This document shows, piece after piece, positions 19,778-27,938 of a stretch of DNA of 64,000 nucleotides (position 1 is its first letter; every line of letters begins with the position of its first letter). Made by a program: the position numbers and the translations under genes. The notes under the pieces are model-generated. The model was not told the origin of the DNA and searched no databases. It was given only the letters and a program-made list of their open reading frames with translations. This DNA is from Cytophagales bacterium (lineage in GTDB: Bacteria; Bacteroidota; Bacteroidia; Cytophagales; Amoebophilaceae), in assembly GCA_020629455.1 (NCBI GenBank), contig JAHDDH010000002.1, positions 43,349 through 107,348 of the forward strand, given 5' to 3'.

Positions 19778-20089
19778 TTAAATGTATAATAATAGTGTAA
19801 TGATTAAAATAAAATAAAAGCAGTAAAATAAAAAAAGACACATAATCAAAAAACGCTCGATACTTCTTCTATAAATCATATGCCAAACCATATGGCAAAG
19901 CACCAAAGGGGAAAAAAATAAAACCAACATCCCATAAAAAATAGTTGATTGGTGACATGTAAAAAAATATAAAGACACTTGAAAGGGCAGTCGAGCGTAA
20001 ACATATAACCAAAAACACCAGCACACAAACAATACAACATATAATATACGCCAAGCAAAAAAAGCATTATTTTTTTTGAACAAGCACAT
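19778..20089 (-). CDS. hypothetical small membrane protein (possibly a non-coding relic)
   Basis: 103 aa, Cys/Trp/Phe-rich and hydrophobic. All three minus-strand frames are open here (see track ORFs 19869-20054 and 19876-20067). The open frame may therefore reflect T-rich composition rather than coding. Confidence 0.3.
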   Translation of the reverse strand: MCLFKKNNAFFAWRILYVVLFVCWCFWLYVYARLPFQVSLYFFTCHQSTIFYGMLVLFFSPLVLCHMVWHMIYRRSIERFLIMCLFLFYCFYFILIITLLLYI

Positions 20090-20384
20090 CCTTGAGAGAT
20101 ATTGTTTGGAATTTTTGATGGATTTTGAAGGCCATCATGAGAAACATAGCGGTTTCACACAAAGCAATGATCAGAGTAAAGAGCAAAAAAAGGAGGGTAA
20201 TTTCTCTTTGATGACTATGGATATGGGCAAAGACCATACAATTTAAATGAATGGCTATGAACATCATTTCAATACCCAAAAGCATGAAAAGAAAATTTTT
20301 TTTGACAAAAAATATCGCAATACCCAGAAAAAATAAAACATGACTAGTGAATAAAACCAAAGAAATTTCATGAATAAAAAACAC
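20067..20384 (-). CDS. NuoK / ND4L-like small membrane protein (NADH-quinone oxidoreductase subunit K family), orphan
   Basis: 105 aa with 3 TM segments. KKNFLFMLLGIEMMFIAIHL and LIIALCETAMFLMMAFKIHQKFQTISLKDV align with E. coli NuoK [20 protein letters not shown] and [29 protein letters not shown]. Both conserved membrane glutamates are included. Confidence 0.7.
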   Translation of the reverse strand: MFFIHEISLVLFTSHVLFFLGIAIFFVKKNFLFMLLGIEMMFIAIHLNCMVFAHIHSHQREITLLFLLFTLIIALCETAMFLMMAFKIHQKFQTISLKDVLVQKK

Positions 20385-20396
20385 CTTTTTAATAAT

Positions 20397-22901
20397 TTAT
20401 GCTGTGATATATACTCTCTTGACCCGATCACTCATTTTGGTAAACACCTCATAAGCAATGGTATTTTGCGCCTTTGCTCCCAAAAATACATCATATGTTT
20501 CTCCAAAAATAATCACCTCATCACCCACCTCCACAGGAATTCCTGTAACATCAATCATACAAGTATCCATACAAATATAGCCTACAATAGGCACTATAGC
20601 ACCTTTGACCCACACCTTTCCTTGACCATCACTCAAACTTCTGCTCAAACCATCGGCATAGCCAATAGCAATAATGGCTAAAGTCATTGCTTGCATAACA
20701 ATACCCTTTCTATGATAACCTACCGTAACATTAGCAGGAATTGATTTGATTTGTAAGATGATTGTTTTGAGTGTATTCACCACACGTAAATCCTTTTGTA
20801 CCATTGTATCTACACCTACGCCATATAAACCAATACCTAATCGTACCATATCCCATTGATACGCTGGAAAACGAATAATTCCTGCAGTATTCAATAAATG
20901 TTTTAACAAAGTTTTTTGTAATCTTTTTTCAAAAAAACAGACAGCATCCAAAAATTTTTGGGCTTGTGCATGCGTAAAATCATCATGTGATGGAAGATCA
21001 GCCGATGCCAAATGACTGAGAATACCAACCGTTTGGATATATGCATTTTCTTGAAGAATTTTCAACACAGCAGTAAATTCATTAGCAGCAATTCCTAAAC
21101 GATGCATGCCTGTATCTATTTTTAAATGTATTGCCATAGGTTGGGCATGCTTTTTAGAAAAAATATCCAATACTTTCAAAAGTGCCAAACTATATACTTG
21201 CATCGTCAAATCATAGGTCAATACCTTTTCAAAACAAAATGGTGTAACGTTCATCACTAAAATAGGCAAACGAATACCTTTTTTTCTTAATAAAATACCT
21301 TCATCTGTATAAGCTACTCCTAAATAGTCTACTTGATGATAAGCTAATAGTTGAGCTACCTCAAAAGTACTGCTGCCATAAGCAGCTGCTTTTACCATGG
21401 CCATCAATTGAGTAGAACGTTTGAGCTTTTGTCTAAAAAAATAAAAATTATGAATCAGAGCCTTTAAATTAACTTCTAAAACCGTGTGGTGTATTTTTTT
21501 TTGTAATGCATCTACTACTTGCTCCAAAGCAAAAACACGCGCTCCTTTAATCAAAATAAAACGATCTTTCAAAAGAGGCATTTCTTTTAAAAAATGATCC
21601 ACACTTGTATATGTTTGAAAATCCAAACCAGTAAAACAAGCACGATGCTCACTGATCAAAGGCCCTATACCAATACCATAGCGTACCCCATATTTTCGGC
21701 ACAAAGCAGCCACTTTGGCATACAGTAATGCAGCAGACCAACCCGTTTGTAACATATCAGATAAAATGACCATCTTCTCTTTCCTAGCATAAGGCAACAT
21801 AGCTTCAAGCGCTGCTACAAAACCCACAAAATCATTATTATAAGTATCATCTAAAAGATAACATCCATGCATGCCCTCCTTCAACGTAAGCCTCATAGCC
21901 ACAGGCTGCAAAGTATACAACAGAGATGGTAGACGAGCAACCATGGAAGGATATAAAATAAGACAACATACCAAAACATGTATTGCATTTTCCAAAAGAC
22001 TAGCCTCTTGAAAAGGCAAACGAAAGGTATGTTGATCACCATGATACCTAATCGTGATATCTGTAGTACCATAAGCAGTCGATATTTTTTGTACTATAAA
22101 AACCGCTTGAGAAGATTTTTGATAAGACCATGCCATTCGTTGATGCACTGAATATTGTTGTTGTAACACATGATGAATAAGCTGATGATCTTGACAATAA
22201 ATAATAGTCTTACAATTCTGAAATAAATGTGCTTTTTCTTTTATTTTTTGAGTTTGGGAAATAAAATATGCGTCATGTGCTGAGCCAATATTGGTAAAAA
22301 TACCTACTGAAGGTCGGAGTATATGCCACAGGCGTTGCATTTCTCCTGGTTGAGAGATACCTGCTTCAAAAATTCCTAATTGATGCTTCTCATGCATGGG
22401 CAACACTGAACAAGGAACCCCAACTTGTGAGTTATAGCTCTGGGGACTTTTAATCACATAATATGACGTAGCCAAACATTGACTCAACCATTCTTTGACA
22501 ATAGTTTTTCCATTGCTGCCAGTAATGGCAATTAGAGGAATTGAAAATTTTTTTCTGTGTGCCTGTGCCAAGGCCTGTAATGCTTTGATACTAGAAGATA
22601 CTTGTATGACTGTTGCTTCGGGTACAAGTATTTGTAAAGCAGGGAATTCCTTCTCTATCAAAAAACAACGAACCCCTTGGCCATAAACAAATGATATATA
22701 ATCATGTCCATCATGATGATCACCTTGAATGGCAATAAACATGGTATGATGATGATTATCTCCTATAAGCTTTCTACTATCAAAAACAATAGTATGTATA
22801 GAAGCTGTATGTCTGTATTGACATAAATTCCCTTGGGTAATTTCTTGAATACTAACAGGAGAAAAAAAAAAAGAAGAGGGATGATCTTCTTGGTTGATCA
22901 T
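20397..22901 (-). CDS. bifunctional UDP-N-acetylmuramoyl-tripeptide--D-alanyl-D-alanine ligase / alanine racemase (MurF-Alr fusion)
   Basis: 834 aa. The N-terminal half has the Mur ligase P-loop ITGSNGKT and MurF-like domains. The C-terminal ~370 aa have the racemase PLP lysine context AMVKAAAYGSS, then IGYADGLSR and PIVGYICMD. Confidence 0.9.
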   Translation of the reverse strand: MINQEDHPSSFFFSPVSIQEITQGNLCQYRHTASIHTIVFDSRKLIGDNHHHTMFIAIQGDHHDGHDYISFVYGQGVRCFLIEKEFPALQILVPEATVIQVSSSIKALQALAQAHRKKFSIPLIAITGSNGKTIVKEWLSQCLATSYYVIKSPQSYNSQVGVPCSVLPMHEKHQLGIFEAGISQPGEMQRLWHILRPSVGIFTNIGSAHDAYFISQTQKIKEKAHLFQNCKTIIYCQDHQLIHHVLQQQYSVHQRMAWSYQKSSQAVFIVQKISTAYGTTDITIRYHGDQHTFRLPFQEASLLENAIHVLVCCLILYPSMVARLPSLLYTLQPVAMRLTLKEGMHGCYLLDDTYNNDFVGFVAALEAMLPYARKEKMVILSDMLQTGWSAALLYAKVAALCRKYGVRYGIGIGPLISEHRACFTGLDFQTYTSVDHFLKEMPLLKDRFILIKGARVFALEQVVDALQKKIHHTVLEVNLKALIHNFYFFRQKLKRSTQLMAMVKAAAYGSSTFEVAQLLAYHQVDYLGVAYTDEGILLRKKGIRLPILVMNVTPFCFEKVLTYDLTMQVYSLALLKVLDIFSKKHAQPMAIHLKIDTGMHRLGIAANEFTAVLKILQENAYIQTVGILSHLASADLPSHDDFTHAQAQKFLDAVCFFEKRLQKTLLKHLLNTAGIIRFPAYQWDMVRLGIGLYGVGVDTMVQKDLRVVNTLKTIILQIKSIPANVTVGYHRKGIVMQAMTLAIIAIGYADGLSRSLSDGQGKVWVKGAIVPIVGYICMDTCMIDVTGIPVEVGDEVIIFGETYDVFLGAKAQNTIAYEVFTKMSDRVKRVYITA

Positions 22902-22925
22902 TTTATTGGTAAATAAACAATCTTT

Positions 22926-23732
22926 TTAGCCTTGTAATTGCATTTGCAGACGCATTTGTGTCAATTTTCGTTTAGTATCTATTGGAAAACTGCTACGCAT
23001 AATCCAGTGATAATAATTTGGATATTGTTTAAAAATATCGATTACCTTTTTACCTTTGTGCTGACCAAAATTAAAAATCACTGCACGGTCTTTGTCATAT
23101 GCTAATCGATTGGACAAGTCTACACTTGTGTGATGAAAAATATCATGTATCGTATTGATGTCGTTAGTGATCGTGCCTAAATTTTTTGACTGTGCATCAA
23201 TAACTTTTTTTCCTTCATATTGTTGTAATTGTTGCTTAAAAATAGCAACTGTGGCATGAGTATCCGCCAAAGCTGAATGGGCATTTTCCAGTTTTTTTTT
23301 ACAATAAAACGTATATGCTGCTGAAAGCGTTCTTTTTTCCATCGTATGAAAAATTTGTTGTACGTCTACAATTTTTTTTTTGTCTATATCAAAATTGATA
23401 TCAGAACGTAAAAATTCTTCCATAAGCAATGGAATATCAAAACGTAGCACATTAAAACCAGCAATATCAGCACCTTCTAAAAACTGCAGTACTTCTTTAG
23501 CAATTACCTTGAATATAGGAGCATCTTGTACATCTTGATCATAAATACCATGTATTTTGCTCACATCGGCTGGAATAGGAATGGTAGGGTTTACTTTTTG
23601 GTGAAATATTTTTTCTTCTCCACTGGGTAAAATTTTCACCAAAGCAATTTCTACAATTTTATCTTTAATAATATCTACTCCAGTGGCTTCTAAATCAAAA
23701 AAAACCAAAGGACGTTTTAAAGAAATGGTCAT
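22926..23732 (-). CDS. DnaQ-like DEDDh 3'-5' exonuclease with C-terminal extension
   Basis: 268 aa. Exo I FFDLEATG, Exo II AGFNVLRFDIPLL and Exo III HSALADTHAT. The C-terminal FNFGQHKGKKVIDIFKQYPNYYHWI module is often attached to such exonucleases. Confidence 0.85.
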   Translation of the reverse strand: MTISLKRPLVFFDLEATGVDIIKDKIVEIALVKILPSGEEKIFHQKVNPTIPIPADVSKIHGIYDQDVQDAPIFKVIAKEVLQFLEGADIAGFNVLRFDIPLLMEEFLRSDINFDIDKKKIVDVQQIFHTMEKRTLSAAYTFYCKKKLENAHSALADTHATVAIFKQQLQQYEGKKVIDAQSKNLGTITNDINTIHDIFHHTSVDLSNRLAYDKDRAVIFNFGQHKGKKVIDIFKQYPNYYHWIMRSSFPIDTKRKLTQMRLQMQLQG

Positions 23733-24529
23733 AAAGTGCTGGGTTGATTAGTAAAAGAAAGAAGTGCTTCTTCAAAAGCCTCTGCTGTAATGCCAAGATG
23801 CTTGAACAATATTTTTACGCCAGCAGCATAAACTTTATGATAAGGCAACGAAGCAATATCTTCTCTTGGAGGCTTTGAGGCTAAAGCAGACACACAAGCA
23901 TCTGCTTTATCATAAATGAGTATACCACCTTTAGGAGAAGCTTGTACAAATTGGGCTAAACAAACAGCTTGTGTAGCAGGTAACGCACTGATCACCCCTA
24001 TATGATGAGTGTATATTAATTTTTGATTGATGGTGATATCTTTTATTTGTATAAGCACTAGAGGAGCATCTGAAAGCGTAAGCACTGAAAAAAAATCTGG
24101 ATGATCAATCAAGTAGTCTGATCTTTGTTGATGATATTCTAAAACATGACGGGCTAGGGAAAACATCACCTGCTGCTCTTGTCCGATAAAAATAATACGC
24201 TGTTTGTTTTTAAAAAAATTTTGCAGGTACTGATGATAGCTTAAACACCTATATTTTTTGTCTTGTAAAAAATAACACGTCTGCTGATAATTTTTTTCAG
24301 GATAAGGGGTGATGACTGTATAATCTTGATCTAAAAAATTCGATGATTGGATCTCTTGTAAAGAAAAGCATAGATTTTTCGATAAAAAAAAATCTTTTTG
24401 AATAAAAGCATTGCTGAAATGATCTGCATAGGAGACTTTTACAAGGTGCCCCAGCTGATGTAAAACAACAGCCAACTGGTGCATGAGTGGATGATTGATA
24501 GACCAAAAAAAAAATTTACTCCTTTGCAT
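23729..24529 (-). CDS. hypothetical protein with degenerate Mur-ligase (Mpl/MurC-like) similarity; no P-loop
   Basis: 266 aa. LMHQLAVVLHQLGHLVKVSYADHF resembles Mpl FMGGLAMLARQLGHEVTGSDANVY. The position of GTHGKTT reads GQEQQVMF, and the protein stops where the Mur ligase C-terminal domain would begin. Confidence 0.45.
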   Translation of the reverse strand: MQRSKFFFWSINHPLMHQLAVVLHQLGHLVKVSYADHFSNAFIQKDFFLSKNLCFSLQEIQSSNFLDQDYTVITPYPEKNYQQTCYFLQDKKYRCLSYHQYLQNFFKNKQRIIFIGQEQQVMFSLARHVLEYHQQRSDYLIDHPDFFSVLTLSDAPLVLIQIKDITINQKLIYTHHIGVISALPATQAVCLAQFVQASPKGGILIYDKADACVSALASKPPREDIASLPYHKVYAAGVKILFKHLGITAEAFEEALLSFTNQPSTL

Positions 24530-24594
24530 TTTTAACTAAAATAAAGCTGTGGCAAAACTATCAAAATATTCTTGCAAAAAGAAATATCTTTAGC

Positions 24595-26445
24595 ATGGTT
24601 ATTACTTCTGATATGCGTACTTATTTTAAAATTTTATCCTATGCCAAGCCTTTGGGCAAGCTTATGAGTGGTTATTTTATATCTACTCTTTTAAATATTG
24701 TATTTGGACTAGTCAATTTTAGTCTTTTAATTCCATTGTTTGAAATTTTATTTGATAAAAATAAAGTAGTACAACATCTACAAGCAGTACATGAATTTCC
24801 AAAATTCCAGTTCAATTTACGCTATTGCAAAGAGGTATTTTATCATTATTACTGTAGTATTATTCAAAAATATGGTGATTTAGGGGCTTTATATAGCATG
24901 TGTCTTTTTTTTTTAGTGGCTGTATTTACAGCCAATCTTTTTCGCTATTTGGCTGTTATTATCATGGCTAAAATCCGTATCAGAACGATTTGTGCTTTAC
25001 GTCAAAAAATATTTCAAAAAATCATGCAACTGCATTTGGGCTATTTTACGCATCATCAACAGGGATATATTATTTCAAAAGCAACGCATGATGTACATGA
25101 AGTAGAATATTTTGTAGTAAATAGTTTAAAAAGTCTTTTCAAAGATCCTATCCAAATCATCAGTTTTTTTGTTGTATTGTTTTACCTTTCTTACCAGTTG
25201 ACTTTGTTTACTATCCTTATCTTACCTGTGGCTGGTTTTTGTATTGGGAAAATTGTGAAGAGTATTCGAAAAAAAGCCAAAAAAGGACAGGAATCTATGG
25301 GGCGTATTGTAAGTATACTACATGAAACATTATTTGGCATACGTATCATCAAAGCATTTACAGCACAAAAAAATATGATCAAAAAATTCAAAAAAGAAAA
25401 TGATCATTATGCACGCACACATATTTCCATCAGTCGCAGACATGAATTGAGCGCCCCTATTTCAGAATTTTTTGGGGTTTTGGTAGTAGTAATCATCTTA
25501 GGCTATGGTGGCCGTTTGGTATTACAAGCGCATGCGCCTTTATCAGCTAGTGAATTTATGGTGTATATCATTTTGTTTTCTCAAGTCATATCACCAGCCA
25601 AATCCATTGTACATACAATCAGCAATATGCAAAGAGGATTGGCAGCAGCACACAGGGTCTTTGATTTAATCAATACAAAACCATTGATTCAAGATCATCC
25701 AACAGCAAAGACGATTACACATTTTTCAGAAAAAATCTGTTTTCATCAAGTCACATTTGCTTACGAAAAACAAACTGTACTACAAAATATTGACCTTACT
25801 ATTTCCAAAGGAAAAACCATTGCCTTGGTAGGGCCTTCTGGCGGAGGAAAATCAACATTGGTAGATCTTATCCCAAGATTCTACACACCACAAAAAGGAT
25901 ATATCACCATCGATGGCCAACGCCTCGAAAATTATACACTCCAAAGTTTACGATCACTCATGGGCATTGTTACACAGGAGTCTATCCTATTTCATGATAC
26001 GGTTTGGAATAATATTATTTTTGGTCATTCTTTGGCAGTGACAGAGTCACAAGTAGTGCAGGCAGCTCAAATGGCTTATGCACATGATTTTATCATGCAA
26101 CTGCCACAAGGTTATCAAACATTAATGGGAGAAAGAGGCATTAAATTGTCAGGAGGACAAAGACAACGCATTTGTATTGCCCGAGCTTTGCTTAAAAATC
26201 CACCAATCCTTATTTTGGATGAAGCCACTTCTGCTCTAGATACTGCTTCGGAAAAATGGGTACAAGAGGCTTTAGATTGTTTGATGAAAAACAGAACAGT
26301 GATTGTGATTGCACATAGGCTCAGCACGATTCAGCAGGCGGATGAAATTGTGGTGATTGATCAAGGAAAAATTATAGAAAGAGGAAAGCATGCACAGTTG
26401 ATGCAAAAAAAAGGATTGTATCAACAGTTGAGAGAAGGGTATTAA
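24595..26445 (+). CDS. ABC transporter, fused permease/ATPase (MsbA-like lipid exporter family)
   Basis: 616 aa. Six-TM N-terminal domain, Walker A GPSGGGKST, signature LSGGQRQR and Walker B ILILDEATSALD. The true start may be the internal Met at 24613. Confidence 0.9.
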   Translation: MVITSDMRTYFKILSYAKPLGKLMSGYFISTLLNIVFGLVNFSLLIPLFEILFDKNKVVQHLQAVHEFPKFQFNLRYCKEVFYHYYCSIIQKYGDLGALYSMCLFFLVAVFTANLFRYLAVIIMAKIRIRTICALRQKIFQKIMQLHLGYFTHHQQGYIISKATHDVHEVEYFVVNSLKSLFKDPIQIISFFVVLFYLSYQLTLFTILILPVAGFCIGKIVKSIRKKAKKGQESMGRIVSILHETLFGIRIIKAFTAQKNMIKKFKKENDHYARTHISISRRHELSAPISEFFGVLVVVIILGYGGRLVLQAHAPLSASEFMVYIILFSQVISPAKSIVHTISNMQRGLAAAHRVFDLINTKPLIQDHPTAKTITHFSEKICFHQVTFAYEKQTVLQNIDLTISKGKTIALVGPSGGGKSTLVDLIPRFYTPQKGYITIDGQRLENYTLQSLRSLMGIVTQESILFHDTVWNNIIFGHSLAVTESQVVQAAQMAYAHDFIMQLPQGYQTLMGERGIKLSGGQRQRICIARALLKNPPILILDEATSALDTASEKWVQEALDCLMKNRTVIVIAHRLSTIQQADEIVVIDQGKIIERGKHAQLMQKKGLYQQLREGY

Positions 26446-26475
26446 AAAAAGGATAGCGTGAATTTTACGCTATCC
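26444..26475 (-). terminator. intrinsic terminator between convergent genes (best on the minus strand)
   Basis: The minus strand reads GGATAGCGT-AAAATTC-ACGCTATCC followed by TTTTTTT. That is a 9-bp perfect stem, a 7-nt loop and a T7 tract. On the plus strand the same hairpin is followed only by CCCTTT. Confidence 0.7.
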
Positions 26476-26505
26476 CCCTTTAAAAATGTAATGGATGTAT
26501 AAAAT

Positions 26506-27741
26506 TTATTTTTTTTCTATTTCTATTTTACTGCTTTTTTTAGGAAAAAAAGCACATATATTTTTTGGATAATCTTTACGTATATTTCTTATTTCTTTTT
26601 CATTATCAAAATTTAAAAAATTATTGTATTGATTATTTGATTGTACAAAACCTCTACCAATACCCATGTTTTCAGGATATGGATTATGTTCTTCTTCTAT
26701 TGGTTGACTACTCTTTTGAAATTCTTCAAAAATTTGGGTGTTGCTCATATCATATAAATCTTCTTCTGCCATGATTCTATTGATATGTGGACTTTTGAGG
26801 TATTTGAAATCTTTTTGGATATCATATAGGATTTCGTGTTTTTTAAAAATTTTCATTTTATCTATCTCTCCCTTTATCTCACCTATGCGCATGCCTTGTT
26901 CTTTTGCTTTTTGGGCCTTATTTTTTTCTGTTATTTCATAATCTCTTTCAGCTGCTATACTGTCCATAACGATTGTATTTTTTCGAAGGTTAGCCTCTTT
27001 CATAAGTTCATAACAGTTTCGAAGGTTAGCCTCTTTCATAAGTTCATAACAGTTTCGAATGTTCTCATCTATATTTTTAGGTATACTAGTTTTTTGATGA
27101 CAATCTGCTAAAAAATCTAACCAATCATCTTTTAGTTTATTATCAATTTTATTTCTGAAAGGAAGAAATTTATTTAATTCAATAAATTTCCAAACCATTT
27201 TATTACCAGGCATTTCTTCATAGGTGTCTATATCTCTTGGTTCTATCGTACGTTCATAACGTTTATCTTTTTGAAATAAACTATTTTTAACTATTACTAA
27301 CATATAAATTGTGTCAATATTCTGGTATTTATCAGATTTTTTAATCCCATAATCCATATCCTGAACTATTTTTTTTGCCATATAATATTGACAACGAGGT
27401 AAAAAATAATTTGTTTTTTGTCTTTGCATCTCAATCATAAACTGTTTCCCTTTTTGATCAGTACATATTATATCGACACTTGTCTTAAAACTCTTTTTTG
27501 AGCTAACTATATTTTCCGGATTAAGAATGCTTAAATCCTGTATTGTATTTCCACCAAAAAGTAAAGCATTAAGTAAACTTTTTGTGTGATTTTTATGCCC
27601 TTCATGAGCAAATAGTAATTTAAAAGTAGCATCCCAAGTTGCTTCTTCAAATACTTTTTCTATCTTTTTTTCTTTACAATTATTATTAATTCGTTTTTGC
27701 CGCCATATATTATCACTGTTTTGAATTCCAGAAGAATTCAT
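26506..27741 (-). CDS. PD-(D/E)XK nuclease family 'transposase'-like protein (PDDEXK_2 / Rpn-like) with extended repeat-containing C-terminus
   Basis: 411 aa from the ATG at 27741; the track's GTG extension to 27768 is not needed. The N-terminal half has DATFKLLF, LLNALL and the core SVDIICTDQKGKQFMIEMQRQK (D...E.Q). The C-terminal half is charged and low-complexity with a duplicated 12-aa unit. Confidence 0.75.
   Translation of the reverse strand: MNSSGIQNSDNIWRQKRINNNCKEKKIEKVFEEATWDATFKLLFAHEGHKNHTKSLLNALLFGGNTIQDLSILNPENIVSSKKSFKTSVDIICTDQKGKQFMIEMQRQKTNYFLPRCQYYMAKKIVQDMDYGIKKSDKYQNIDTIYMLVIVKNSLFQKDKRYERTIEPRDIDTYEEMPGNKMVWKFIELNKFLPFRNKIDNKLKDDWLDFLADCHQKTSIPKNIDENIRNCYELMKEANLRNCYELMKEANLRKNTIVMDSIAAERDYEITEKNKAQKAKEQGMRIGEIKGEIDKMKIFKKHEILYDIQKDFKYLKSPHINRIMAEEDLYDMSNTQIFEEFQKSSQPIEEEHNPYPENMGIGRGFVQSNNQYNNFLNFDNEKEIRNIRKDYPKNICAFFPKKSSKIEIEKK
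26981..27059. repeat. perfect 36-bp tandem duplication (2.2 copies), in frame inside the PD-(D/E)XK gene
   Basis: TTTCGAAGGTTAGCCTCTTTCATAAGTTCATAACAG occurs at 26981-27016 and again at 27017-27052, followed by TTTCGAA. It encodes RNCYELMKEANL twice on the minus strand. Confidence 0.95.
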
Positions 27742-27938
27742 TGACACCCCCACCCCATCCTGCGCCACATCTTTTGTATACTTTAATTACAGCTAAGCAA
27801 ACCTAGACTCAGGCACAGGCCGTAGCATATTTTTGAAGAAAAAAAATAATGATATCGTTTCATAATTGATTTATTTAAAAGGTTAAATTTTATTTATTTG
27901 CTAAAATAATTTTTTCCCTAAAATCTCCCAAGCCCACT

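Noticed and set aside
19869-20067. Two further minus-strand ORFs (19869-20054, 19876-20067) overlapping the 103-aa ORF
   Set aside because: Three open frames on one strand in a T-rich stretch indicate a compositional lack of stop codons. None shows a recognisable motif, so I listed only the longest, at low confidence.
27742-27768. GTG-initiated extension (MAQDGVGVS) of the PD-(D/E)XK gene
   Set aside because: It is only nine extra codons, made from the atypical G-rich leader. The ATG at 27741 is the simpler start, although I cannot exclude the GTG.
26446-27938. Complete IS element or transposon around the PD-(D/E)XK gene
   Set aside because: I could not find terminal inverted repeats or a target-site duplication in the flanks. 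Only short C-rich strings are shared, in direct orientation.
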